Source: Clostridiales bacterium | GTDB lineage: Bacteria > Bacillota > Clostridia > Oscillospirales > Oscillospiraceae | Direction of reading: 5' to 3' | NCBI GenBank assembly: GCA_019421525.1 | Contig: JAHZFC010000001.1 | Location: 1-42,635, forward strand | Length of the DNA: 42,635 nt | Part shown: piece by piece, positions 1-8,271 of the stretch | How positions within the stretch are numbered: the first letter of the stretch is position 1 | Layout: every line of letters begins with the position of its first letter | Translations under genes and position numbers: made by a program | Notes under the pieces: generated by a model | Seen by the model: only the letters and a program-made list of their open reading frames with translations | What the model was told of the DNA's origin: nothing | The model's database searches: none

Positions 1-117
1 GAAGTCCTGGCTGATCTGGCCGGTACACGCCATATAGGCGAACACCCCTGTCAGCACCAGGGTGACCAGGCTCTTCACGCTCAGCAGCGTGGCCAGCCGT
101 TTGATGATGTTTTGCAT
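1..117 (-). CDS. Small membrane protein, probable holin (5' part only; runs off the window)
   Basis: ATG at 117 with GAGGTG RBS; translates MQNIIKRLATLLSVKSLVTLVLTGVFAYMACTGQISQDF (hydrophobic); lies at the end of the late operon. Confidence 0.6.
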   Translation of the reverse strand, partial: MQNIIKRLATLLSVKSLVTLVLTGVFAYMACTGQISQDF

Positions 118-139
118 TTTTTCACCTCATTTTTCATTT

Positions 140-184
140 TATGTATTGACAATTACATATTTTATGCTATAATAGAATCATAAA
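140..184 (+). promoter_or_regulatory. Strong sigmaA promoter of the moron, with inverted-repeat operators
   Basis: TTGACA 146-151, 16 bp, TGn-TATAAT 168-173; TATGTA/TACATA flank the -35, TTTATG/CATAAA flank the -10. Confidence 0.85.
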
Positions 185-212
185 GAGGGGAACACCCCAG
201 GAGGTATACGAG

Positions 213-497
213 ATGACGGGTACAGAGAAGCAGGTCAGTTGGGCCAACGAGATCATGGGCCGTCTGGATGGCATCCTTGACCAGATTGTTGCGAATATCC
301 CCAGCAGCTACAACCAGCAGCAGAAGGACATGATGGCGGGCTTTATCGAGCAGATGCGCAGCCAGATCCACGGCGCCGAATACGCTGGAGACGTGATCGA
401 CCTTTTCCGGGACGTCAAGACCCCAGAGGATCTGATGGGTATGTGGCGCACCACCGTCCCTAACACAGATGGGCAGCACAAGATTCTGGGCCGTTGA
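213..497 (+). CDS. Hypothetical 94-aa protein, first gene of the moron (candidate anti-defence protein)
   Basis: AGGAGG RBS, ATG start; TGTEKQxxWA N-terminal motif seen in small phage proteins. Confidence 0.75.
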   Translation: MTGTEKQVSWANEIMGRLDGILDQIVANIPSSYNQQQKDMMAGFIEQMRSQIHGAEYAGDVIDLFRDVKTPEDLMGMWRTTVPNTDGQHKILGR

Positions 498-511
498 AAG
501 GAGAACGAAAA

Positions 512-745
512 ATGAAAGAACGCTTTGAAGAAATGACCCTTGACCAGCTAGACGCCATCCGCGATGTGATGCGCTACCTTTACCCGGAGGCCATCGAGGA
601 CGACACCGCCGAGCGCCTGTGGCACGACCTGGAGAACGTCCGGCTGAAAAAGATCGTTGAGTATCAGGCCAGCGACGAGTACAAGCAGAAGTGCGCCGAG
701 ACCGACGCGCTTTATAATTCTCTTTTTCTGGGGGTGTCCCAATGA
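512..745 (+). CDS. Hypothetical small acidic protein (candidate anti-defence protein)
   Basis: AAGGAG RBS before ATG 512; D/E-rich; stop overlaps the next start (ATGA). Confidence 0.7.
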   Translation: MKERFEEMTLDQLDAIRDVMRYLYPEAIEDDTAERLWHDLENVRLKKIVEYQASDEYKQKCAETDALYNSLFLGVSQ

Positions 746-1218
746 CCAACCGCGAAGCCTATGTATTTGGCTGGGTCTTTGGCCGGCTCAACGCCGAAGC
801 CAAAGAGGACATCGGCGGCGACGTCGCCCTCGCTCCCCAGCGCCCTTACAGCGCAAGTGCCCGCGTCATCTCGGATGCCCACAGGCTCAGGATACTTAAG
901 GGAAACATCGACCACCAGGTAGGTGAGGCTCTGTCTGAGATCAACAGCATCGACCCACCTATGCAGGGCGGCTCGGAGAAGGTCCAGCCTCTCGAGATCC
1001 AGGCCTCCTGGCAGCTTGGCTATTTCGCTGGCCGTGCAAAGCAACCCCTCGCCGAGGAAGCCTTTGACATCGCCGCCGCCCGCCGCGCCAAGAAATTGAC
1101 CCAGGCGCAGCTCGCCGACCAGATGGGCGTTGACCAGGCCCTCATCTCCCGCTGGGAATCCGGGAAGGTCACCCCGAACAAGGACAACCTTACAAAGCTG
1201 AAAGATATCCTGACTTAA
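742..1218 (+). CDS. Cas11/Cas8c-C-terminus-like domain fused to a C-terminal XRE HTH (candidate Acr-Aca fusion)
   Basis: C-terminal LTQAQLADQMGVDQALISRWESGK is a clear XRE HTH; N-terminal AYVFGWVFGRL...A.QRP...EALSEI...QASWQLGYF resembles the Cas11c motif. Confidence 0.7.
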   Translation: MTNREAYVFGWVFGRLNAEAKEDIGGDVALAPQRPYSASARVISDAHRLRILKGNIDHQVGEALSEINSIDPPMQGGSEKVQPLEIQASWQLGYFAGRAKQPLAEEAFDIAAARRAKKLTQAQLADQMGVDQALISRWESGKVTPNKDNLTKLKDILT

Positions 1219-1230
1219 GGGGCGAGGACA

Positions 1231-1692
1231 ATGCCGAAACGATTAGATTTGTCCGGCCAAACATTTGGATACATCAAGGTGATCGAGCCCACGGACCGCA
1301 GGGATGGTAGCAGTGTGATATACAGATGCCTCTGCACTGCCTGCGGGAAAGAGTGCTACATGTCCACCAGATCCTTGCGCTCGGCCAAGTCCAAAAGCTG
1401 CGGCTGTATGCGTCCGTCTTACTTGGGTGACAGGCTTGGACACATATCTGACCATGTCGGTCACGTTAACGGGACCAACCTCTCCCGGATACAGTCCGAC
1501 AAGCCCCAGCGTAACAACACGTCTGGAGCCCGCGGAGTGTGCTGGACCGATGGCCTGTGGGAGGCTACCCTTTGGTATCAGGGCAAGCGCATCCGTCTTT
1601 ATCGAGGGCCAGACTTTGATGCGGCCGTAAAAGCCCGAAAAGAGGGAGAAAAAGAGCGACTGCTGCTAAGCCAAGATGATGCCGCCCCCTAA
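1231..1692 (+). CDS. 'DLxGQxFG' zinc-binding domain plus AP2-like DNA-binding domain protein
   Basis: RLDLSGQTFG, CxCxxCG, KSCGC motifs; NNTSGARGVCW..W.A...YQGKRI.L AP2-like tail. Confidence 0.75.
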   Translation: MPKRLDLSGQTFGYIKVIEPTDRRDGSSVIYRCLCTACGKECYMSTRSLRSAKSKSCGCMRPSYLGDRLGHISDHVGHVNGTNLSRIQSDKPQRNNTSGARGVCWTDGLWEATLWYQGKRIRLYRGPDFDAAVKARKEGEKERLLLSQDDAAP

Positions 1693-1706
1693 TGGGGGCG
1701 GTTTTT
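1682..1706 (+). terminator. Rho-independent terminator closing the moron
   Basis: CCGCCCCC-TAAT-GGGGGCGG followed by TTTTT. Confidence 0.85.
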
Positions 1707-2011
1707 CACATCTTGGTGAAGTTCTTGGCCGCCTCGTCCCGGGCGAAGTTGATATATGCCTCCTGGGCCTCCTCTGCCGCCCGCATAGCCTCCTCCACGT
1801 CCCCGTTGGTGTGCATCCCGGCCAGCTTTTTGGCCGTGGTCAGGGACAGGGAACAGGTGGCATACATCAGCTCCATGCTCAGGCGCATCTCATGGGACCG
1901 CCGCTCCGCCCGGCGCTCCATCCGGGCCGCAGACCGCCGGGACCGCACCTCCGCCGTGGCGGCCAGGATGGAGGCCACCGCGGCGATCAGCGCACAGACC
2001 ACCTCGATCAC
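1706..2011 (-). CDS. Small protein with N-terminal TM helix and coiled coil (holin-like lysis-module gene)
   Basis: GTG overlapping the upstream stop; VIEVVCALIAAVASILAA TM segment; position before the lysis genes. Confidence 0.6.
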   Translation of the reverse strand: MIEVVCALIAAVASILAATAEVRSRRSAARMERRAERRSHEMRLSMELMYATCSLSLTTAKKLAGMHTNGDVEEAMRAAEEAQEAYINFARDEAAKNFTKM

Positions 2012-2733
2012 GCCTCTACCTCCTGCCAGCCCTGGGGATAGTCCGCCGGGCTCCACACATTGCCGTCCATGAGGGACTGATACACCTTGCCGTTGTAGGT
2101 GACCACAGCCCCGGTGTTATAGGCGTCCTCCGCCCCCGTGGGCTGGACGAACTCAGGATAGACGGCCCCCTCCGGCTCCTCCGGCTCCGGCTCGGGGATG
2201 GGCTCGTCAGGCTCCTGGGTCTCTCCGCCGGTCTCCGGCTCCTCCGGCTCAGTTCCGGGCTCCTCGGGCTCCGCCGTGCCCACCTCTCCCAGGTCGGTCC
2301 ACCCCTGGGGGTAGCCGCTGGGCGCCCACACGTTGTCGTCCATGGTGGACTTCCAGACGTGCCCGCCCTCGGTGCAGCACTCATCCAGCATATACATCCC
2401 GCTGGTGCCGTTGGGCGCCTGCCAGGGCTTGGCCTTCAGCGGGTCCTTGGTGTGGCAGATGGACCACAGGGCGGGCAGGTCCGCCGGCCTCTGGTCCGGC
2501 CAGCTGGCCGCGTCGTAGGGCTGGAGCAGCTTGTACACCTGCCCCCCGTCCGTCACCGGGGCGCCCACGGGCCAGGCGGAGTAATCCTTCCCGGCCACGA
2601 AATCCGGCACCTTGCTCTCCTCGGCGATGACGGCGGTGCCATCCAGCTCCGCCGCCCGGGTGCGCAGGTCGGCGGCGTCCGCCGTCCCCTTCTCCTTCAT
2701 GGCCTGGTTGGCCAGAGTGTAGGTATCACTCAT
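2008..2733 (-). CDS. Virion-associated protein with repeated CBM5/12 (ChtBD3)-like modules and a Pro/Glu linker
   Basis: Repeated NVW(A/S)PxxYPQGW; QPTGAEDAYNTGAVVTYNGKVYQS motif; PE-rich linker. Confidence 0.75.
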   Translation of the reverse strand: MSDTYTLANQAMKEKGTADAADLRTRAAELDGTAVIAEESKVPDFVAGKDYSAWPVGAPVTDGGQVYKLLQPYDAASWPDQRPADLPALWSICHTKDPLKAKPWQAPNGTSGMYMLDECCTEGGHVWKSTMDDNVWAPSGYPQGWTDLGEVGTAEPEEPGTEPEEPETGGETQEPDEPIPEPEPEEPEGAVYPEFVQPTGAEDAYNTGAVVTYNGKVYQSLMDGNVWSPADYPQGWQEVEA

Positions 2734-3163
2734 CGTCGTTTACCCCCTCATGATAGGCCGCCAGCAGGCCGGCCTCCTTGTCTGCTGCCTCCGTCTCCAG
2801 GGCCGTCACCTGGCCCTGGGCCGCCGCCGTCTCCGCCTGGGCCTCGGTCAGCTGCTCCTGGAGCTGGCTGACCTGGGCGGTGTAGCCGGTCACATCCCCC
2901 AGGTACTGCTCCGCCACGTCCAGGGCCACCTTGTAGCTGTGCTCCGAGTGGGCGTAGGTGATGTCCGCCACCGTGAAGCCGTACCCGGCGGGCAGCACAC
3001 ACTCCCCCACCACCTCCGGCTGGCTCCAGTCGATGGCCTCGATGTCCTCCAGGCTGGCATATTCCCGCTCAAACACGGCGATATACCGCCCGTTGGCGCT
3101 GCCGCGCATCACCATGCCGCAGGTCACCCCGCCGATGGTCAGCCCTGTCCCGTACAAGCTCAT
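2726..3163 (-). CDS. Hypothetical protein with C-terminal coiled coil (distal tail module)
   Basis: ATG 3163 (MSLYGTG...) with GAAGGGGG RBS; overlaps the downstream gene. Confidence 0.7.
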   Translation of the reverse strand: MSLYGTGLTIGGVTCGMVMRGSANGRYIAVFEREYASLEDIEAIDWSQPEVVGECVLPAGYGFTVADITYAHSEHSYKVALDVAEQYLGDVTGYTAQVSQLQEQLTEAQAETAAAQGQVTALETEAADKEAGLLAAYHEGVNDDE

Positions 3164-3177
3164 GTATATTCCCCCTT

Positions 3178-3570
3178 CTATCTGCGGCCGTCCTGGCCGT
3201 GATGTTGTATCTTTTCGTCCCCCAGCAGCGAGGCAAAGAGGCCGCCCCGCCGCCGGTGCTGGCGGCTCTTTTTGGGCTTTGGCTGCGCCTCCGGCGGCTC
3301 CTCCCCCTCTCGCTTCCACCGGGGCCAGGGGTGGACGTCCAGCAGCTCCCCCCCATCCCCCAGGACGATGTCCATCCAGGGATAGCTCCAGCGGATCCGG
3401 GCCGCCAGGGGGCTCCTGGAGGGCACATACCACCACTCGTCCGCCCCCAGCCCCGCCCCCTCCAGGGTGTACTCCACCATCAGGGGCAGCTGCTGGCCGT
3501 CCGGGCCCTTGGCATACCGCCCGGCCCAGTAGTAGTCCAGCACCCCCAGGGTGGCCTTGTGGATCAGCAT
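3178..3570 (-). CDS. Hypothetical protein (distal tail module)
   Basis: ATG 3570 (MLIHKATLG...) overlapping the upstream stop; Trp-rich core, basic tail. Confidence 0.65.
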   Translation of the reverse strand: MLIHKATLGVLDYYWAGRYAKGPDGQQLPLMVEYTLEGAGLGADEWWYVPSRSPLAARIRWSYPWMDIVLGDGGELLDVHPWPRWKREGEEPPEAQPKPKKSRQHRRRGGLFASLLGDEKIQHHGQDGRR

Positions 3571-4763
3571 GATACCGCCCCCTTGAGCTTGCGCAGGGTG
3601 GGCCCATCGATGCGGTCGATGAGCTCGTCGCACCCCCGCGTCAGGTCCCGCAGCGCCCCCAGCACACTGCCCGCCTGGGCGGTGTGCTCCACTCTGGCCG
3701 GCCGGTAGGCGGGCAGCAGGGATGGCTCCAGGGGCACCGGCCCATACATCCGGTCCACCTTGCGGCACAGCACCGGGGACACTCCCAGCGCCTGGGCCGC
3801 CTCCGCCCAGCTATGGCCCGAGCGCACCAGACAGAGGATGTGGTAGTGGAGCAGGGGCACCCCGTGGACCGTCTGGCCCCGGAGGACAAAGGCATAAAAA
3901 AACTTCCGGCTCAGCCCCAGCTTCTCCGCCAGCTCCTTCTCCCCGATGCCGGACCAGTCCCGAAACCTGACCCGGCTCACATCCACCTCCGGCAAAAAGT
4001 CCACCCGGACCGCCGCCAGCCGCTCCTCCGCCCGCTCCAGCCCCCGGTACACCGTGGACTTGTTGCGCCCCAGGTAGGCCGCCATCATGGTATAGGAGGC
4101 GTCCTGGGTGAGGGCCAGATAGATCAGCTCCGTCTGCCGCTCGGTGAGCACCTTGGTGCTGCGCACAAATTTGAGATAATCGAACCGCCCCCGGTCATCC
4201 AGACACCGGGCGATGGTCAGCCGGGCCACCACATGGTGGGCCACATGGGCCAGCCCCGCCTTGATGCCCCTCGACACCGCGGACTTGCCCACCCCCCGCG
4301 CCTGGGCGATCTCCTCCATGGTCTTTTCCCGGGTGTAATACTCGTGGATATAGGTCTTTTGCACTTCCGTGCAGCTCTGGACGCTGTCATTCAGGAGGTC
4401 GGTGAGCAGCTGGCTCTGCCGCCCGGTGGCCACCCCGTCCCGGGCCTGCTGGATGTCCTCCCAGGCCATCCCCTCCGCCTGGCTCCAGGTCATGCCGGAC
4501 AGGTCCGCCCACACCAGGTCCCCGTCAAAGATGTGGTCCCCCCGGATGGGGCGCTTCTTCTCCCCGCGCTGCCGGCCCTCCAGCCGGGCCACCTCCTCCC
4601 CGGCCTCCTGGTACATGTCCCGGAGGATGCGGGAGCGCTCCAGCTGCCGGCGGCGCTCTGCGCTGTCCAGGGTGGTCTGGGCGATCTCCCGGGCCTCCTT
4701 CATGCGGCCGTATAGTTTGGCTTTGCGCTCTCTGGCGGCCTGGAGCTCCTCCTCCCGGGTCAT
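3564..4763 (-). CDS. Multi-HTH protein with tandem sigma70 region-4-like domains
   Basis: ATG 4763 overlapping the XkdU-like stop; KTMEEIAQARGVGKSAVSRGI and LTERQTEL...SYTMMAAYLGRNKSTVYRGL, plus two further HTH-like segments. Confidence 0.7.
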   Translation of the reverse strand: MTREEELQAARERKAKLYGRMKEAREIAQTTLDSAERRRQLERSRILRDMYQEAGEEVARLEGRQRGEKKRPIRGDHIFDGDLVWADLSGMTWSQAEGMAWEDIQQARDGVATGRQSQLLTDLLNDSVQSCTEVQKTYIHEYYTREKTMEEIAQARGVGKSAVSRGIKAGLAHVAHHVVARLTIARCLDDRGRFDYLKFVRSTKVLTERQTELIYLALTQDASYTMMAAYLGRNKSTVYRGLERAEERLAAVRVDFLPEVDVSRVRFRDWSGIGEKELAEKLGLSRKFFYAFVLRGQTVHGVPLLHYHILCLVRSGHSWAEAAQALGVSPVLCRKVDRMYGPVPLEPSLLPAYRPARVEHTAQAGSVLGALRDLTRGCDELIDRIDGPTLRKLKGAVSC

Positions 4764-5347
4764 GAGGCGCTCTCCCTGGCCCGGACCATGATCTTTTGGT
4801 CGAACGCCTCCCAGGTGGGGAACTGCTCCTCCAGCTGCTCCCAGGTGAGCCCCGCCGTCTCCAGGTCCCCCCAGGTGACCGGCAGGATCACGAACTTGAG
4901 ATGGGCGGGCTTGACCTCTTCCACCGCCGCGATGATGGCGTCCAGGTCGAAGCTGGCGAAAAAGGAGCTGTCCCCCAGAAAGTAGAGGGAAAAGGTGTAC
5001 TCGTCCGTCTGCTCCACCACCACCGCCTCGTAGCCCGTCAGGGCCTTGGCGATGTCGGAGATCATCCCCGCGTTGCAGGTGCCAGACCCCAGCAGCTTGG
5101 TGGTGATGGCCGCCCGGCGCTCCTCCTCGGTGGCCCCCGCCGCCGGGGTGATGCCCACCAGGTCCTCCCACCAGGCAAGCCCCCAGGTGGCGGTGGCGAT
5201 GTGGGCCTGGTCGGCCGCGTCCAGCACCGCCGCCCGGGCGGCCAGGGCCTGATCGGTCAGGGCCACGATGATGGCCAGGCTCTTCGGATCTGCCTCCAGG
5301 TGCTCCGGCACCCGCTGGGTGCCGGGCAGGTCTTGATAGGTGGCCAT
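4760..5347 (-). CDS. Baseplate protein, XkdU/YmfQ (DUF2313)-like
   Basis: TATWGLAWWE, EERRAAI, EEVKPAHL motifs; follows baseplate J. Confidence 0.85.
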   Translation of the reverse strand: MATYQDLPGTQRVPEHLEADPKSLAIIVALTDQALAARAAVLDAADQAHIATATWGLAWWEDLVGITPAAGATEEERRAAITTKLLGSGTCNAGMISDIAKALTGYEAVVVEQTDEYTFSLYFLGDSSFFASFDLDAIIAAVEEVKPAHLKFVILPVTWGDLETAGLTWEQLEEQFPTWEAFDQKIMVRARESAS

Positions 5348-5351
5348 GGCG

Positions 5352-6437
5352 TCAGCTCCCCTCTGTGATGGACACCGTGCCCACCACCGGCGTCTGCTCC
5401 TGGCTCACCGAGATGTTGGTGGTCCCGCTGTTGACGGTAAAGGCGGAGTAGTCCTCCACCCCCTCGCAGTCCAGCAGCAGGGCCAGGCACCGGCTCCACC
5501 GCACCAGGGTGGTCTCCCCAAAGGGTAGGTCCAGCAGCATCTGGGCCAGGGATGCCTCCAGCTCCTCCTGGACGGCCTGGGCGGTGACGCCGGAGGTCAA
5601 TGTGACGGTGGCGGACACGTTGATGGCCAGCTCTGTGACAGTGACCACGGTAACGTCCGCCCCGATGGGCCGCTCCTCCTCGATGTGGGCCTCTACCTCA
5701 TCGATCACGTCCTCGTCCACCGGGTCCTTGTCCGGCCCGGCCACGATGACCTTGACGGTGCCCGGCCCGTCCCAGATGGGCACGCACTGGGCGTTGATGA
5801 CCCCGGAGACCTCTTTGGCCCAGCTGATATAGTGGTTTTTGTTGCCCGAGCTGATAGGCCGCTGGAGGTACTCCCGGTAGCGGGTCAGAAAGGCGGCGTC
5901 CGTCTCCTCGTCGGCGCCCCCATAGGCCGCCGCCGGGTTGGTGCAATAGGACACCCCCGCCACGTTGCGGCTCATCACCGTGATGGTGTTGGCCTCCACG
6001 TTGTAGGCCCGGCCCGCCTGCTCCGCCTCCGCCAATGCGGTGCCCACCCCGGCCGACCAGGTCACCGGCTCCAAAGTGATGAACTTGAGCCCGTCCCGGG
6101 TGACCACCGTGGTCCCCGCCGGCACGCTGGGGGACGAGGTGGAGGTGAGGGCGGTGAACTGCATGGTCACCTGGGCCTTGACCCCCGGTGTGCGGGTGAG
6201 GCCGAAGTCCGCCGCCTGCATATCGATGAGCTCGCCGGATGTCTCGTCCGGGAACACCAGCTGCATCAGCCAGGGCACCAGCTGGTACACCAGCCACATC
6301 TGATAGGCCGCCGGGGAGGCCAGGTGGTTGGCAAAGGACCCCTCCCGGATCTCCACCGTCCCCTCCAGCTCGTCCAGGATCGCTTTTTTGATGCTCTCCG
6401 GCGTGTAGTCGGCGTATTGGTTAGATAGTGCAGCCAT
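5352..6437 (-). CDS. Baseplate J-like protein (XkdT-like)
   Basis: GGADEETD, SGNKNHYISWA.EV.GV, GPGTVKV, RPIGADVTV motifs. Confidence 0.92.
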   Translation of the reverse strand: MAALSNQYADYTPESIKKAILDELEGTVEIREGSFANHLASPAAYQMWLVYQLVPWLMQLVFPDETSGELIDMQAADFGLTRTPGVKAQVTMQFTALTSTSSPSVPAGTTVVTRDGLKFITLEPVTWSAGVGTALAEAEQAGRAYNVEANTITVMSRNVAGVSYCTNPAAAYGGADEETDAAFLTRYREYLQRPISSGNKNHYISWAKEVSGVINAQCVPIWDGPGTVKVIVAGPDKDPVDEDVIDEVEAHIEEERPIGADVTVVTVTELAINVSATVTLTSGVTAQAVQEELEASLAQMLLDLPFGETTLVRWSRCLALLLDCEGVEDYSAFTVNSGTTNISVSQEQTPVVGTVSITEGS

Positions 6438-6852
6438 CCACATTGACCTCCCCGTAAACTGTCTGGACCCGGCAGGAGATGGACAGGAGAGACCCCTCCA
6501 GGCCGATGTCCACCGCGTCCACCGCCGTGACGTAGGGGCACACCAGCAGGGCCTCCCTGACGTACCGGACGGCCTCGCTCTGCCGCACGTCCTCGGTGTA
6601 GGCCCGGCCTGTCAGCTCCTTGATGCCCAGCCCAAAGCCGTTGGTATAGATGTCGTGCATCCCCCGCAGGGTGTGGAGGGTGTTCCAGCACCATACCAGC
6701 ACGGCGGACGCGCCGGTGACATACACCGGCTCCCCGCCCCGCCAGATGGGGGTGTTTGCCCGGAAGTCCCAGGCCGCCTCCCGGAACAGGGGCAGCCGGG
6801 AGCCGTCGCTGCCCTGGATGTCAGGCAGACTAATCAGCGGGAACAGCGCCAT
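6421..6852 (-). CDS. Baseplate wedge protein, XkdS/DUF2634-like
   Basis: AWDF...G, IY..GFG, REALL.CPY, TVYGE motifs; synteny. Confidence 0.85.
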   Translation of the reverse strand: MALFPLISLPDIQGSDGSRLPLFREAAWDFRANTPIWRGGEPVYVTGASAVLVWCWNTLHTLRGMHDIYTNGFGLGIKELTGRAYTEDVRQSEAVRYVREALLVCPYVTAVDAVDIGLEGSLLSISCRVQTVYGEVNVDGCTI

Positions 6853-7297
6853 CGGTCCAGCTCACCACCTTCATGACTAAGTAATAGATCTGCCGCTCCT
6901 GGTCCGGGATCAGCAGCACCAGGTCCCCGGCCTTGAGCCGGGGCTCGGCGGGCTTGTAGTTGGCCCGGGTGTCCTGGATCTTGCCGTCCTCGATACTGGC
7001 CACGTCAAAGTATGTGTGCATCCCGTACTGGCAGGGGGAGGACATACCATTGAGCCGTCCCTCCATGGTCAGCTCCTCCTGGAGCAGGATCTCCGCCTTC
7101 TCCTGCCAGGCGGGCTTGAGGAAGTCGTTGACCAGGATGTCCTGCTCGTCCAGCTCGTGGCCGTCCGCCGACACCCGCAGGCTGGTCTCCGTGGCCTCCA
7201 CCACCTTGCCGATGCAGTAGTAGAGGGGCATCTGCCCCGCCGCCTCCTGGCGGGTCATGTCCCAAAATTTATAATACGGGTCTCGCCCGTCGCTCAT
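6830..7297 (-). CDS. XkdR/DUF2577-like baseplate spike-region protein
   Basis: IGKVV N-terminus and LKAGDLVLL...YYLVMKV C-terminus; synteny. Confidence 0.75.
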   Translation of the reverse strand: MSDGRDPYYKFWDMTRQEAAGQMPLYYCIGKVVEATETSLRVSADGHELDEQDILVNDFLKPAWQEKAEILLQEELTMEGRLNGMSSPCQYGMHTYFDVASIEDGKIQDTRANYKPAEPRLKAGDLVLLIPDQERQIYYLVMKVVSWTDGAVPAD

Positions 7298-8265
7298 AAT
7301 TGTTCACTCCCCGCGCTGGCCTGTGTCATGACGCGCCGGCAGTTGAGGGTCAGCTTGCAGCTGTACTGGTCCCGCTGCCAGGTGTGTTGGTCCGCGTCGA
7401 TCCAGAAGAGCCCGGTCAGCCCCGTGTGCTCCTCCTCCACCATCACCGTCTCCCCGGTGATGAGGCGCACATCCCCCAGCACCTCCACGGTGACGTTTTG
7501 GCTAAAGCCGTTGTCCGCCAGCAGCGCCTCCGCCTCGGCGTAGGCGTCCCCGGTCTCGCTCTGCTGCAGGTGACGCTCCATGGTGCCGTAGAGCTCGATG
7601 GCCGCGTTGTCCGCCACCGTGGTGATCCGCTGGCCCTGCTGGTCGTAGATGCCCACCGAGTTGACCATGTCCACGATGGACTCGGTGGTGGTGGCGTACA
7701 TCAGGTTGGACCGGGGCCGCAGGTCGATGCTGCTCTCGCTCTGCTGCCGCACCGTCACCGACAGCCCGCCCGGCTTCATCCGGATGGAGTACCGCTCCCC
7801 GGTCTGCTCGGCTGCCAGGGAGTAGGCCGTCCGCACCAGCTGGTCCAGCCGCACCCCGGAAAACTTCCGGTCCAGCGTCACCCCGGTCTCCGCCAGCTCC
7901 ACCACCGGGACCCCCTTCTCGGCGCAGGCTGCTGTCACCATGCCCTCCGCCGTCTCCTGCCGAAACTTGCCGGTGTAGTCGTTATTTTTGAGGTAGATGC
8001 CCCCGTCGTAGCAGACGCAGTCCATGGAGATGCTCTCGCTGTCCAAAGTCCGCTTGACCACCCAGCCGTTGAAGAGGGTCTCCCCCTCCTCCTCCAGGGT
8101 GATCACGTTGCCCACCGCCGGCACCGGCCAGTTTTCCTCCTCCTCGTAGAGGATGGAAAAGCTGAGCTGCCGGCTGATACTGGCCTCGTCCCCGGACCAC
8201 TGGACGCGGATGATGAAATCGGTGACGTCCTGGGTGCTGTCCGCGTTGGTCAAATAGAGATTCAT
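7294..8265 (-). CDS. Baseplate hub protein, XkdQ/YqbQ-like
   Basis: WSGD...RQLSF, CYDGGIYL, GLFWIDADQHTW motifs. Confidence 0.85.
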   Translation of the reverse strand: MNLYLTNADSTQDVTDFIIRVQWSGDEASISRQLSFSILYEEEENWPVPAVGNVITLEEEGETLFNGWVVKRTLDSESISMDCVCYDGGIYLKNNDYTGKFRQETAEGMVTAACAEKGVPVVELAETGVTLDRKFSGVRLDQLVRTAYSLAAEQTGERYSIRMKPGGLSVTVRQQSESSIDLRPRSNLMYATTTESIVDMVNSVGIYDQQGQRITTVADNAAIELYGTMERHLQQSETGDAYAEAEALLADNGFSQNVTVEVLGDVRLITGETVMVEEEHTGLTGLFWIDADQHTWQRDQYSCKLTLNCRRVMTQASAGSEQL

Positions 8266-8271
8266 GGGCCG

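Noticed and set aside
185..200. GGGG-AACA-CCCC hairpin as a solitary CRISPR repeat (RNA anti-CRISPR)
   Set aside because: Only a 4-bp stem, lacking the GTC start and ATTGAAA(C/T) end of type I-C repeats; more likely a 5' UTR hairpin
2160..2280. CTCCGGCTC-type short tandem repeats
   Set aside because: Explained by the Pro/Glu linker codons of the CBM protein
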